Assembly (NCBI GenBank): GCA_951406725.2
Contig: OX597838.1
Location: 7,006,001-7,070,000 of the forward strand
Length of the DNA: 64,000 bases
Reading direction: 5' to 3'
DNA from: Octopus vulgaris
Taxonomy: Eukaryota
Under the pieces are notes generated by a model. The model saw only the letters and a program-made list of their open reading frames with translations. It did no database searches and was not told where the DNA came from. Positions 1 to 13,603 of this stretch are shown one piece after another (position 1 is the first letter of the stretch; every line of letters begins with the position of its first letter). Both the position numbers and the translations under genes were made by a program.

Positions 1-54
1 ATATATACACAGAAGGAGAGGTAGGCAGATAGAGATATACTCAGACAAATTGAT

Positions 55-62
55 AAATAGAC

Positions 63-105
<43 letters not shown>

Positions 106-197
106 CAGACGGACATGCAGACAGACAAACAGATAGACAGACGGGCAGACTCCGAATTCTGCAATCTACATAATTCTAATTTTACTCTAATTTTTCC

Positions 198-286
<89 letters not shown>

Positions 287-303
287 GATAGATAGATAGA
301 TAG

Positions 304-380
<77 letters not shown>

Positions 381-382
381 TA
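55..382. repeat. Compound (GATA)n/(GACA)n/(TA)n/(GA)n microsatellites
   Basis: Tandem tetra- and dinucleotide runs at 55-140 and 199-382; they explain the IYLS/IY ORFs. Confidence 0.97.
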
Positions 383-1206
383 CATTCACCAGTCCTTTTT
401 GAATATCGATTCCTGTTCAAGATTTTACGCCTGACAGCTTCTCATACCTCCCCAGAATTGTGCCTTGTAATTTCACATTTAGAGGTTTCTTACTCATGGA
501 ACCAAGTTTATAAAATTCTTCCCCATCACACACAGTAACAATAAATAAAATATTGTTCACCAATGCCTGTTCGCTCTCTGCTGAAATAAATACTAAAACT
601 GTGCGAAATTGTGGTAGATCAGTTCAAAGAATGGAGTGAATGATAGGACGGAATGCCAACGTACGGAATTGAATAGTGAAGTCTAAAGTAACTCCGTCAT
701 CGATAAATAATACAATAATTCTATCTGTCGAAATATTTGAGAGATAAGTTATGTTCTTGGGGTGTCGTGTGTGCGAGATGGTCTTTGTATACGCATTATT
801 TCGACGGCTAAACGCAAAATAAGACTTTTCGGCAGTGGTATTTAGGTCCGGGGCGTACGGACAGCCGCAGAAATCTTCAGATGAAGAACACTCGTCGATC
901 AAGTATTTTAGGAGTGCCGGGTTCATGTGGGTCGTGACTCGAACGTGTTCTACTGCTATTTTCGATATGCCACCTTTTGTGAGGATTCTATTTGTAACCA
1001 CCTTTCGGGAGGGCTTATTTCCTTGAATCGTGTAGTATTTGCTTGTATCGTGATTCTCTTGGCCACGAAAAACCACAGAAAGAAATTAGACAGTGGAACT
1101 AATGCACCAAAATATCTTCACTTACTAAATATTTTAGTGTTTGCCACAAAATGGAAAAATTAGAGTAAAATTAGAATTATGTAGATTGCGTAAGTCGGAG
1201 TCAGCC
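144..1206. mobile_element. Non-autonomous or decayed DNA transposon bounded by 54-bp terminal inverted repeats
   Basis: 144-197 GGCAGACTCCGAATTCTGCAATCTACATAATTCTAATTTTACTCTAATTTTTCC is the reverse complement of 1153-1206 with 4 mismatches. No clear TSD and no intact transposase. Confidence 0.75.
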
Positions 1207-1419
1207 ATTTAAGTGCGGAATCAAAAGAGAAATTCTTATTTTATATATAAAAAGAAATAATTTTAATTCTGTAGATAAATCAATAAACATTTTTTTTTTA
1301 TTAAATCTCATAAAAGATTTTGATTATGAAATTTTCGGGAAATTTATTGTGATGGAAAATTTACTTTCATACATAAACGTATACACACGAGAATGTTTCG
1401 TATGATGTTGCAGTATAAC

Positions 1420-1565
1420 TTTCACTTGCTTTAGCCATTAGACAGCGGCCATGCTTTGGCACCAACTTCGTAAGGATTCAGTCGAACGGATCGACCCCGG
1501 TACTCTTCTTTCAGTGTGGTACATATTTTATCGGTTTTCTTTTCCCGAACTGCTAGGTTTACGGC
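1420..1565 (-). mobile_element. SINE family A, diverged 3' fragment
   Basis: acttgctttagccattagacagcggccatgct...atcgaccccgg...ccgaactgctagg aligns to the reverse complement of the 3' half of the copy at 62117-62525. Confidence 0.7.
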
Positions 1566-1644
1566 CAACTGAGCAATTTCTCTGATACCCACGCACTCGA
1601 ACACATACTCAAATCACACGAATTCAAAAAAAATCTTCATCATT

Positions 1645-1899
1645 ATCTTCTTCTTCTTCTTCTTTTTCTTCTTCTTTTACTCTTCTTTTTCTTCTCCTTG
1701 TTCTTGTTCTTCTTTTTCTTCTTCTTCTTCTTCTTCTTCTTTTACTCTTCTTTTTCTTCTCCTTGTTCTTGTTCTTCTTTTTCTTCTTCTTCTTCTTCTT
1801 CTTCTTCTTCTTCTTCTTCTTCTTCTCCTCCTCATTCTCATTCTCCTTCTTCTTCTACTACTACTTCTTTTTCTTCCTCTTCTTCTCTTTCTTCTTCAT

Positions 1900-1977
<78 letters not shown>

Positions 1978-2001
1978 ATTATTATTAGTATCATCATCAT
2001 C
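1645..2001. repeat. Compound (CTT)n-(ATT)n-(ATC)n microsatellite
   Basis: Direct repeats, with an internal duplication of about 65-bp period (1670/1735). Confidence 0.95.
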
Positions 2002-2924
2002 AAGGTGGCGGACTATCAGAATCATTACCATGCCGGATTGAATGCATAGTGACATTAGTTTCGTAATTACATTCTGAATTCATAAAACTTTGAATTTCAT
2101 AATTTCGATAAAATAAGTACCAGTGAAATTCTGGTGTCGATCTAATCGATTTCCACCCCCACACCCTTTAAAAATTGCAAGCCCTATGCCGAAATTTGAA
2201 TCCGTTATCATAGTTGTTTTTGTTCTTATCACTTTGTTTTTGTTGTTTTTTTATATTAACCATGAATTTCTTGCTATATTTTGGTATTGTTGCGTTCCTA
2301 TTACAAGTATTGATTTTTCACCGTATTCTTTATTGTAAGATATCTGTTTGACCCAGGGTTCCAATTAATTAAATATCAGTGCAACGTTATATAATTGGAT
2401 TTGGTTTTGGTTTTTACGCTATTATTTCCATAGTTACTTTTTGAAGGTGAAAAAAAAAAAAAACAGCGAAAACGAAAGGAAATATATAATATTTTTAAGT
2501 GTAGTTCTGTGTTTTTTTAAATTTATTATCTTCGTGTATAGAGGATGGAGAGTTTCAATGAAACAAGATAGGAATGGTTATTTCACATAAAACAAAAAAA
2601 AAATAATTTCAAAAAATTATATCATGAAAGAATTATCTAAGCTTAAAAGGAAAATATAAAAAAAAAAAAAAAAAGTAATTCTGTATTACAGCGTGATTGA
2701 AGAATTTCATTCTGGAATTGTCATGAAAGGATTACAAAGAACAGCTATGTCTTTATACTTACTTTTGTCTTACGTTGCGATGGCATTAAACAGTGTCAAA
2801 AGAACTTCGAAATACGTCAGTAGGATTACTGGTAGTATTTCGTTTCTTGGAATGGAATTGTATCGATGATTTGGTCATAGAAGTGTGCAGGTATGTAGTG
2901 ATATTTTATAATGCATAACGCGAA

Positions 2925-3380
2925 AGTCGGTGAGCTTGCAGAATCGTTAGCACGCCGGGAACAAGACGCAGGGGGTGGTGCATTTTTCTGACTTTATGCT
3001 TTAAGTACAAATGTGCCGGGTTCAAGTTTACCAGTCATACTTTCGGTCTCTATAAAACAGGTATCAGTCGGACATTGGGAACGTGGTAATCGACTTACAC
3101 AGGGCCCTGAATCTGCTGGCCTTGTGCCAAGATTTGAAACCAATATGGTATAATGCAGGTAGATAATAACATAAAACATTACTTACTTATAGCGATTTCA
3201 ATTCCTGGGGTGGGGCCTGAGGTTTTTAAGTGGAAGGTAAGTCGATTACATACATCCGAACCTACGAATCTTTCATCCTTTCGAGGTCGATAAATTAAGT
3301 ACCAGGTGCATACTGGTTTCGATCTAATCGACTAGCCCCCTCCCCCAAAATTTCGCGCCTTCTGCCTAGTGTAAGAAAAG
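2925..3380 (+). mobile_element. SINE family B, two diverged fragments
   Basis: Head gagcttgcagaatcgttagcacgccggg at about 2932; ctttcatcctttcgaggtcgataaattaagtacc core at about 3270. Confidence 0.75.
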
Positions 3381-4496
3381 AATATAGAGTAACGTAAAAT
3401 TCTGATAAAAGTTTTTTTAAATTAAATCACTTTAAAACATAAAGTTCATAGAACAAAAACTGGTTTTGGGTAGAATGGCATAAAAATTATAGGCAATCAT
3501 CCGCTTATTTTAAGGGAATCATACCAAAATTCCAATGATAAATGTCCGTCGGTTAGTTGTGGTGTACTGAAATCATGGCCTTGCGATGGTGTTTCGAATT
3601 CGCGGAGCAGCAGTTCGCTGCTTTTTTTAGTAAAATACTTCATCACATTTTGATTAATTTCAACTATAAATGGGTAACCCTGCAACGGAGTGTGCTTTCT
3701 TTCAGACGAAATGTTGGCCTGCATGCTCCGCCAGTGGGTTGGCATCATTCGGAAGCTTCAAGGCTCTTGTTTCCTAATAGACATTATTATACATCCCAAA
3801 CTCAACTGTTAAGTTTAATGTAATCGTCGCTCAACTCATTGCATCACCAGAAATCTCTGCACAGAACTTTCGAAAGGTGACGCGAGGAAGAAGCTTCTGC
3901 ACTTTTATATCGGAGAAGTCTTAGAATAAATATGTGGCCTGTGCCGCTACAGATTTTCCGAAAACACCATTGCTCCCACGGGATGAAGTAAGAGATTCAA
4001 AGAAATTATTTATATTGTGTCTATAACGGCGACATTAGCAACACCTTATAGAGACAGCTAATTACCCTTTCTGCTCTAAGCGCAAACTTTCAAATTTCCA
4101 GAGAAGGAGATAACCGATCACATCAAACCTTATTTTGATATTCTACTTATTTTGTCGAACTCGAAAACATAAAATACCTCTTAGCATATTGTCTGCTCTG
4201 CGATATATGAAGATGTTGGGGCGGCAGATATTTACGTGGAGAGTAATTCGGTGAATGTTAAGTATATTGGTTACCTTCGCAAAAGAATAGAAGTAGTAGA
4301 AGCTTTGATATTCAGGAATTCCTTTTCTTTGCGATATTTTCTTCTATCTTGTTTTTGTTTTTTTTCGATCCTTATATTGTTTGAAAGGTGAATAGAAGAC
4401 ATACATGGAAACATGGAAACATATTGAGAAGTGGAAAGCGTAGAAGCAGGAATATTGGCAATGAAGACTCACAGAGTCGCAGAATTACCGAAGTGA

Positions 4497-4537
4497 TCTA
4501 TCTCTCTCTCTCTCTTTCTGTCATTCTCTTCCTCTTT

Positions 4538-4596
<59 letters not shown>

Positions 4597-4952
4597 GCAC
4601 ATACAAGGACACACAAGCATACATACATATAAACACACACACACACCTATATATATATATATATATATATGTATAAATATATATATATATAGATATAAAC
4701 AGATATATACACACACATACACAGACACACATGCACATGTGTCTACACATATGCATAAAATATACGTATACGTATATGTATATATACATATATATATATT
4801 CTACAAACATACGTACATATGTATATACGCATATGTATATTATATATATATATAAATGTATGTATGCATATAGGTATAAAATTCATATATACAAACACGC
4901 GATAAATAGTTGTGCATAAGTGTGCGTCCGTATATATATATATATATATATA
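4497..4952. repeat. (TC)n/(CA)n/(TA)n compound microsatellite
   Basis: Direct dinucleotide runs. Confidence 0.95.
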
Positions 4953-5845
4953 TTAGCTGTGTTTGTGTGTGTCTATCTTTGTGGAACACGAGAAAGTGAG
5001 TAGGCGTATTATGGATAATAGATGCTATATATTGATTGATAAGTTTGGCAAGTGATATCTCTGGTATATGGCAGGTGAGATAGAGGAATGTTTAAGGTTT
5101 GAAATAAAAGCAGTATGGAGTGAAGTGAGACAGTGAGCGGGGAGAGATTGTGTGCGTGTGGCGTACGTGTGTGTGTGCGCATGCGTATGAGAAATGTTAA
5201 AGTGATGTAGAGAGAGTAAACGAGGACAAATTTTATTTTGACACGCAATATGTCAAATGAAAACGAGAACAAGAGTAAAATGTCTCATTAACTGTTACCT
5301 ACTCACATACACACATACATCCATCCATACATACATGCATACGTACATATATACATTCACATTTATATCACTTTTAAGTTATCTCTGTATATATGCTATA
5401 GAATCTAATGCCACCATTGATAGCTACAACGTTTTGAATACGAATTCATGTATATAGACAATGAGATCGAAGGTTTGAAAAAATAGGCCGGATATTTTCG
5501 CAGCTTTTTCTCTTTCTTCAGCACCAGAACCAACTCATTAACCATCCACGCACCAATTGCATATTTTGTGATGTAACACTATTCGATACACCAGCCTACT
5601 CATTAAACACATTCTTGGCAACTCTTACATGCATATTAATTGCTGGCTTTACTAAGTCCCTAAGAAAACACGCTGAGGTGACTTAAAAATCAGGAAATCG
5701 CACTGCCAACACAGGACTTAGGTCACAGTATAAGCTTTTTTCATAGAGGACTGCATATTGTGGTTGCAAATCTAAATACGGTGTCGCTGTAAGCAGGTGA
5801 TGTAATTAAACATACATAAACATACACAGATTTGCATACGCATTT

Positions 5846-5988
5846 TCTTTTACTTGTTTCAGCCTTTTGAGTGTGGCCATGCCGAAGCACCGCCTTTATT
5901 CTAAAAATAACAATCCCAAGACTAATTCTTTGTAAGCCGAGTAGCTATTCTATCAGACTCTTATGCCAAACCACCAGGTTACGGGAAC
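5846..5988 (-). mobile_element. SINE family A, 3' fragment
   Basis: tttacttgtttcagcc...gtggccatgccgaagcaccgcc matches the family A tail. Confidence 0.75.
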
Positions 5989-6318
5989 GATTTCAAACGA
6001 TATTTTGATTTAAAATTTTGGCACAAGGCCAGCAATTTCGTTGGAAATATGCTTTGCTGTATTTGTACCAACACTTTACGATTTCAGTTGAAGAACTGTC
6101 AAATGTGTGTCTTGTGGATTCGAGGTCGATAAAATGAGTACCAGTCAAGTAAGAAGATCGATATGATTGACGAGAGTCCCACCCCGCAAAATATAAAAAA
6201 GAAAGAAAAGATAAAACATTACACGTGTACTTGATTACTGTGTATAAATGTACTTTTCTTTCTGCGTACCGAAGAAAGCGATCTGGGAGAATTGTTAGAT
6301 AAACGCCGGATTAATTGA

Positions 6319-7795
6319 TTAACCTGCATTTCCTTCTGAGTTCAAATTCCGACGAGGTAGGGCTTCCCTTTCGTCCTTTCGTAGGCGATAAAATAAGTAC
6401 CAGTGATACACTGGGGTCGATGTGGCCTACATGTCCCCCTCCCCTAAATTTGCTGCCGTTGTGCCAAATTTTGAAAGGGATATTCTTTCTGTTATAGTCA
6501 CAGGGTCTGAAAATCCGAGGGAGAAGGACCTCGATTATATCGACCACTACCCTCAGCAGGTACTTCGTTTATCAAGCCGGAAATGATGTAAGTAAAAGTG
6601 AAACCTGGCGGAATTTAAATTCAGAGTCTACAAACAATAAATACTGCTAAGCCTTTTGACCGTCACAGCTAAAAACGGACAAACACTGATTTCCAACTTT
6701 AATACAAGACTATTAATTTTAGGAAAGGATCATGTCGACTACATGGTCTTCGAAAGGGTGTATGCTAAAGTTTATCTCGGGGAATTTGATCTCAAAACGA
6801 AGAGGAACAGGAAAGGAAGAATGAAAGGCAAAGTCGACCTGGGCCGAATCTGAACTAAGAAATACCTTTTTCTTTACTACCCACAAGTGGCTAAACACAG
6901 AGAGGACAAACAAGGACAGACAAACGGATTAAGTCGATTATATCGACCCCAGTGCGTAACTGGTACTTCTTTAATCGACCTCGAAAGGATGAAAGGCAAA
7001 GTCGACCTCGGGTGAATTTGAACTTAGAACGTAACGGCAGACGAAATGCCGCGAAGCATTGCGCCCGGCGCGCTAACGTCTCTGCCAGCTCGCCGCCTTG
7101 AACTCAGAAATACCGTGAAGCATTTCGTCTGGCATGTTACCGATCATACCAGCTCACCCCCTTAACTCAGAACGAAATAATCCTTTGTAATAAAGGGAGA
7201 AGAGCTGAAAATTTGAAGGAGGGGAATTGTGTCTATTATATCGAATTCACTGTTTCACTGGTACTCAATACATCGACTCCGAAAGGATGAAAGGCAAAGT
7301 GGAACTCAGAACGTAACGGCAGAGGGAATACCTATTTCTTTACTACCCACAAGGGGCAAACAAGACAGACAAACGGATTAAGTCGATTACATCGACCCCA
7401 GTGCGTAACTGGTACTTAATTTATCCACCCCGAAAGGATAAAAGGCAAAGTCGACCTCAGCGAAATTTGAACTCAGAACGCAGCGGCAGACGAAATACTT
7501 CTAAGCATTTCGCCCGGCATGTCAACGATCCCACCAGCTCACCACGTTATCTCAGAACGAAATAATCCTTTCTAATATAGGCACAAGGCCTGAATTTTTA
7601 GGGTGAGAGGGAGCTAGTCGTTATATCGAGCCTAGTATTTCAATGGTACTTAATTTATCGACCCCGAGCGGATGAACGGAAAAGTTGACCCCGGTGGAAT
7701 TTGAACTCAGAACGTAAAGACAGACGAAATGCCGCTAAGCGTTTTTTTTCTTCCCCGGTGTGTTAACGCTTCTGCCAGTTCCCCGTTTTAACTCA
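6319..7795 (-). mobile_element. Cluster of SINE family B copies (one + copy at about 6319-6480, then 5-6 minus-strand copies or multimer units)
   Basis: Repeated cgaaaggatgaaaggcaaagtcgacctc...tttgaactcagaacg and acaaacggattaagtcgat...cgaccccagtgcgtaactggtact blocks. Confidence 0.92.
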
Positions 7796-8149
7796 CAACC
7801 TTATAATAATACGAAAAACACACAGAGAACGTGAAGAAATACCGCGAAACAGTTTTTTTTGTTGTTGTTGTTATTTTGCTCGTCGCGTTAACAATTGCGC
7901 CATCTTTCCACCTTTGACATCGCTTAATATTAATAACAGTAATGTGTTAGTGTTTGTTGTCGGTTAGTTACAAACCGTAGATCAATACACTGCTAAACTA
8001 TTCAGTTAGTTCGATACAAGTCGAAACTTCTACGAAACTATTACAACCAACGATTTTTGTAACTAGAATCTTCTGATGCCTTTCATATTAAAAGTCTTTC
8101 ATCTTAGTTCTGCTGCCACTCTTATTATAATTATTGTTGTAGTTGTTGC

Positions 8150-8180
<31 letters not shown>

Positions 8181-8339
8181 ATAATACTTGTTATTGATGT
8201 TGTTCGTGTTGGTATTGTTGCTGGTATTTGTTGTTACTACGAATTTATTTATTTATTTATTTATTTTGTTTTTTTTTCTTTCTTTTATAACTGACGTAAT
8301 TTTATTGTGTTACTTTTGTTTTTTTTATTAGTGTTGTTA

Positions 8340-8473
<134 letters not shown>

Positions 8474-9469
8474 GTTTTTTTACTAAAGATTTATTTCATT
8501 TTTACTGTTATTGTTGTTGTTATAACTGATGTTTTTTCTTTTACTTTTTGTTGGTGTTGTTGTGGTTGTTGTTGTTGTTGACTGTGTATGTGCTACTAGT
8601 CTCGGTTACTAGTTTTTTTGTAATTTCTATGGTTCTTAATTATTTATATTTTTGTTATTGCTGTTGTATTTTTTCTATTGTTGTGGCTATGAATGTTGTT
8701 GTTGTTTTTGTCGTTGTTGTTACTGTTGAGGTGTTCTTATTGCTGCAGTTGTTGTTGTTGTACCCATACTGCAAATGTTGCTGTTGGTAATTTTATGGTT
8801 TTTAATTCGAGTACAACATTGATTTTTCGGAACCATTAGTTCCATAGCCTTTCCAGATTACTGATTTTTTTTGTCCGTAAAAGAGGGTGGTCACACTCCA
8901 AATTAAACAAATATTAAACATGCTTAAATAATTAAACGAAATTACGGGTATGCGTACGGTAGAATAAACGATACAAGCTTATTAGTACTGTACTGCGCAA
9001 GGTTACTATGAGTCCAAGGTGCATTTAGACTAGTTGGCGGCAACAGCAATATAATGTTCCTTCTCTACGTCCTTCTTTTTCTACCTTCCTCCGCCACCCC
9101 GTTTCTTCCTCCTGCCCCTCCACCTTCTTGTTTTTCTCTTCCATCATCGTCATCATCATCGTCGACACGATCATCATCACAACCGACACCAGCAACAACA
9201 ACACCACCACCACCACCACCATCACTTCCATCGGAATAATCATCTTCATAATCATCAACATCTGCTTCCCCTTCTCCCCCTTCTTCCATATTTTAATCCC
9301 CTTCCCCTTATTTCTTCTGTTACTCACCTTCGTACTTCTCCTTCCTTTCCTCCGTCGATTTCCCTTCCTTCTCCCTCTTCCTCCTCTTTCTCCTTCCTCT
9401 TTTCTTTCATCATCATCATCACCATCATGATCGTCGTCGCCATCTGCCTCTCATCGCATCAGGGCATTT

Positions 9470-9781
9470 ATTATCATCATCATCATTGCCTTTGCACAGC
9501 TTCTAACGCTGGAGATGTACCACGGTGTCAGCTGTTCACTACCAGTCAACTAAGGTGACACCTCTTATTTTACGAGCACCTTCCGGAGTATTCGAGTTGT
9601 TCCAAGCAGTGATGTTTTCCGTAAGTGCTCCACCCTTATTGCAGCCCCTATTTGTTCCACGTACTTCCCGAGATTTATGCTCACTGTTCCCAGGGCTCCG
9701 ACAATTATTGTTACAACTGCTACCTTTTTCATCGACCTGCTTAACTTCCCAAGCAAACCTTTCATATCTATCGACTTTCTG

Positions 9782-9783
<2 letters not shown>
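9470..9783 (-). mobile_element. 3' end of an R4/Dong-like RLE non-LTR retrotransposon, 5'-truncated
   Basis: Minus-strand translation ...MKKVAVVTIIVGALGTVSINLGKYVEQIGAAIRVEHLRKTSLLGTTRILRKVLVK* matches the R4-clade C-terminus (VPIVIGALG...LQK..LLGTARILRKVL). A short 3' UTR and (TGA/TAA) tail follow; the 5' end abuts (TAA)n at 9785-9849. Confidence 0.85.
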
Positions 9784-9850
<67 letters not shown>

Positions 9851-9985
9851 GCACCTGGATAACATGCACACTGGCATTTGTTCTGAAAGTTCTGAAATAG
9901 GTACCAGTTGTACACCAAAAGCCAACTACTGACGTTTTGAGGAAGTTTGCCAATTGTAGTACAAATATTATTATAAGAACTTAAA

Positions 9986-10590
9986 GGACGGGGAGCTGGC
10001 AGAAACGTTAGTACGCCGGGCGAAATACGTAGCCGTATTTCGTCTGGTGCTACGTTCTCAGTTCAACTTCCGCCGAGGTCGACTTCGCCTTGCATCCTTT
10101 CGGGGTCGATTAAATAAGTACCAGCTACGCACTGGAGTCGATGTAATCGACTTAATCCGTTTGTCTGTCCTTGTTTGACCTCTCTGTGTTTCGCCCTTTG
10201 TGGCAGTAAAGAAATAGAAATAGATATTCCATCTGTCTTTACGTTCTGAGTTCAAATTCCGCCGAGTTATACTTTGCCTTTCATCCTTTCGGGATCGATT
10301 AAATAAGTACCAGTTACGCACTGGGGTCGATATAATCGACTTAGTCCGTTTGTCTATCCTTGTTTGTCCCCTCTCTGTGTAGCCCCTTGTGGGCAGTAAT
10401 GAAACAAGAATCGTTAGCATGCCGGCATATCGCCTGTCGCTACATTCTGAGTTCAAATTCCGCCGAGGTCGACTTTGCATTTCATCCTTTCGTGGTCGAT
10501 AAATAAAGCACTATCACTGGGGTGAACATAATCGACTTAACCCCTCCCCTGAAATGTCTGGCCTAGTGCCAATCGTAGAAAGGATTATTA
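9986..10590 (+). mobile_element. SINE family B multimer (three units)
   Basis: Head gagctggcagaaacgttag, B-box-like gagttcaaattcc, and Nin/Deu-like core cctttcatcctttcggggtcgat..aagtacc repeated at about 10090, 10280 and 10480. Confidence 0.93.
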
Positions 10591-11154
10591 TTGGAACTGA
10601 ACTATCGTTGTTATTGCAGTTGTTGTTGCTATTATATCTGCAACGTTCTTGGCCTTTCAATGGTAATAGGTGCTGCTGCTGCTTCTGCTGCTGGTGCTGC
10701 TGCTGCCGCTGTTGTTGTTGATGTTACACTTGTATTGTTTTACGCAATCTTTACAATCTTCATTCATTTTTATTTCTTAATTTTCACCTTGCTGTATTTC
10801 ATGATTTTTAATTATTGCATTTTACAACATTTCTCGTTTTTCTTTTTTTTTTTTAGATATTTTCTTATTTGTTTTCTGATTGTAATTTTGTTCTTTTTTT
10901 TTTTTTTCCTTTTCTTTCCTCGTGTTTTTCTTTCCTTCTTCTTGTCTTTAATGTCTGTCTGTCATGGCGTCTTTACAGAATTCCGCAAAATAAAACATTG
11001 TCATTAATTCTTCTACTCAATGCTTTCTTGCTCTTTCTCTTCTTCTTGTTCTTCTTCATCAAACTCGTTATATTCATTATTTTCTTCTTATGCTCTTTCT
11101 TCCCCAACTCATTTCCTTCTCATTCTTTTCGCCTCTTCTTTTTATTCCTAACCA

Positions 11155-11320
11155 ATTGTTGTTGTTGTTGCTGCTGCTGCTGCTGCTGCTGTAGCAGTCT
11201 ATCTTGCATTTGTCGTTGTTTCTTCTTCTTCTTCTTCTTCTTCTTCTTCTTCTTCTTCTTCTTCTTCTTCTTCTTCTTCCTCTCTTTCTTCTTCTTCCTC
11301 CTCTTCTTCTTCTTCTTCTT

Positions 11321-11351
<31 letters not shown>

Positions 11352-11359
11352 TTCTTCTG

Positions 11360-11418
<59 letters not shown>

Positions 11419-11446
11419 GCTGCTGCTGCGGCTGTTGCTGCTACTG

Positions 11447-11500
<54 letters not shown>
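11155..11500. repeat. Compound trinucleotide array (TTG/CTG/CTT/CTA)
   Basis: Direct repeats; source of the poly-C/F/Y/L ORFs. Confidence 0.97.
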
Positions 11501-11501
<1 letters not shown>

Positions 11502-12272
11502 ATATCCTGCTTTTTCTTCTTTTCTATACTTCTTTTCTCTCTTACTCAATACTTCTTTTTCTTCTACTCTTTCTTCTTTTTCTTTTTTCCTCTTTTCGTT
11601 CTTCCCCATTTTGATTTTTTTCTTTTTCATTATCCCCTTCACCTCTTCTCCGTCTCCTTCATCTTCACCTTCTCCGTCTTCTTTCTCTTCTTTTCTCCTC
11701 CTTCTTCCCTTCCTACTCCCACTAATTCTTCTTTTCCTCCCACTACTCTTCCTTCTCCCTCCCCTCCACCCTATTAGTCTTCTTTTCTTTCTCCTCTTCC
11801 GCATTCTTCTTTTCCTTCTCCTTCTCCTTCTGCTTCATCTTCTCCTATTCCCCCTCTCCTCCTTCAAGATCTTCAGTTTCTTCAAATGTATCTACTCACC
11901 CCTCACCTTTAGCATCACCATCACCCTATCACCAACATCCATGACCAACATCATCAATCTCCGATCCACTTCCCTCTCTTCTGCCAATAAAAATACTATC
12001 ATTAAAACCGCGACCATCACCGCCATAACCGCAAAAACACCCACCAATACTTTGAAATACATAAATTTACATTTGCTTTGCGGAGATGACCCATCATCGT
12101 CGTATTACTGGCGTAATAAATGTGCATAACAAAACGAAATGCTGTATTGTCATCAATTTTAATGTTCAGAGTTCAAATCCGACTAAATTCAATCCTTATG
12201 CTTATCTGCTTGGATAAGGGTAAAACAATACCAAGCAGAAATACACACACATACATACACACTCACTCTCCT

Positions 12273-12331
<59 letters not shown>

Positions 12332-12419
12332 TAACACACACACACAGGCGTGAAACTGTTGACAGGTGAGGCCATGAATTCTCTGTTTGCTTTGCCTTTG
12401 CTAAATTCCTCGAGCATAA

Positions 12420-12476
<57 letters not shown>

Positions 12477-12487
12477 ATGTACGTATG

Positions 12488-12538
<51 letters not shown>

Positions 12539-12651
12539 TTAGAGACAAAACCACTATTTTGCAAATCAAACAAAGAAAGACTTAATCCAATACATAAAAA
12601 ATTTTTAATATAAATTAAATAAAATTATATTCGCCACTACAATTGTTTCAT

Positions 12652-12701
<50 letters not shown>

Positions 12702-13137
12702 GCATATAGATACATACATATATATATGAGATAAAAAAAAAAACAAGGTTGTGATATTCACCACAAACTGCTGTGTACATATTTATATATATTTCTAGAT
12801 ATTTCTTTATAAACTACTCTGTCTTGTATTTCATATAAACTAAAATTTTACATGTATTGCTTCTTACAGTTCTGCTTGATACGTATATTTTTTTCAATTT
12901 GTCTTTTTTTTTCTGTCACTATCTCTCTTTCTTTCTCTCTTCCTCCCCCTCTCACTCTTCTCTCGCTTTCTTTCTCTCTCTCCCTCTCTATCTCTTTTTC
13001 TCTCTCTATGCATTGAAATTTGTCTTTGAATCAATATTTCTTACAGAGAAAGCACGCCCCCTGTACGACGTCTAGGAAGGTAACATGCACAGATAAAAAC
13101 ACAAAAGATTTAAAATGCTTACAAACACACGTATATA

Positions 13138-13184
<47 letters not shown>

Positions 13185-13218
13185 GTATAGAATTTAATAT
13201 AAAATTATAAATTACAAA

Positions 13219-13530
13219 GTGGGACAAGAACGCAAAAACACACAAGGAGACAACGCAAAAAACCGACGGGTCACTCGAAGCCTCTAATCTTCAGTCGGGA
13301 ACCGGATCATCTTAGTGATTTCGGCTGTTTAATCTCGATATCTCTCCGATCCGGCCAGCCCCAAGGAAAATCCAAGCCACAGGCATTGGATTTCATGGAA
13401 AGAGGGTCGAATGTATACGGAACAAAAACAGGATGCCACACGAATGTAAATAAAAGAAACAAAATTATATATAAAACAGAAATAAAAAACACGAAGGTGG
13501 ACAGTACAAGGACAGGAGCGTCTTACGACT
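13219..13530 (-). mobile_element. Probable Penelope-like pseudo-LTR fragment with a degenerate hammerhead-like motif
   Basis: Minus strand CTGAAGA...CTTC-GAGT-GACCC-GTC (13265-13294) followed by a T/G-rich tail running towards (TA)n; architecture resembles 39000-39230. Confidence 0.4.
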
Positions 13531-13603
13531 TTATACAATTTTTAACTTATCTTGGCTGGCGTATATATATACATACATACATACATACATACATAGACAA
13601 ACA

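Noticed and set aside
745-832. Resemblance to the DD39D mariner motif (KVMFL..VARP...FDGKIG.F)
   Set aside because: Needs two stops and two frameshifts within 90 bp, and the enclosing TIRs lack a mariner-type TA TSD; too weak without a search.
7972-8040. aaaccgtagatc resembling miR-100/miR-10
   Set aside because: Similarity stops after about 11 nt and there is no extended hairpin.
10058-10480. Recurrent ORF peptide ...IKSITSTPVRNWYL...RPRRNLNSE (also 42723, 44640, 44851)
   Set aside because: Antisense translation of SINE family B, not a gene family.
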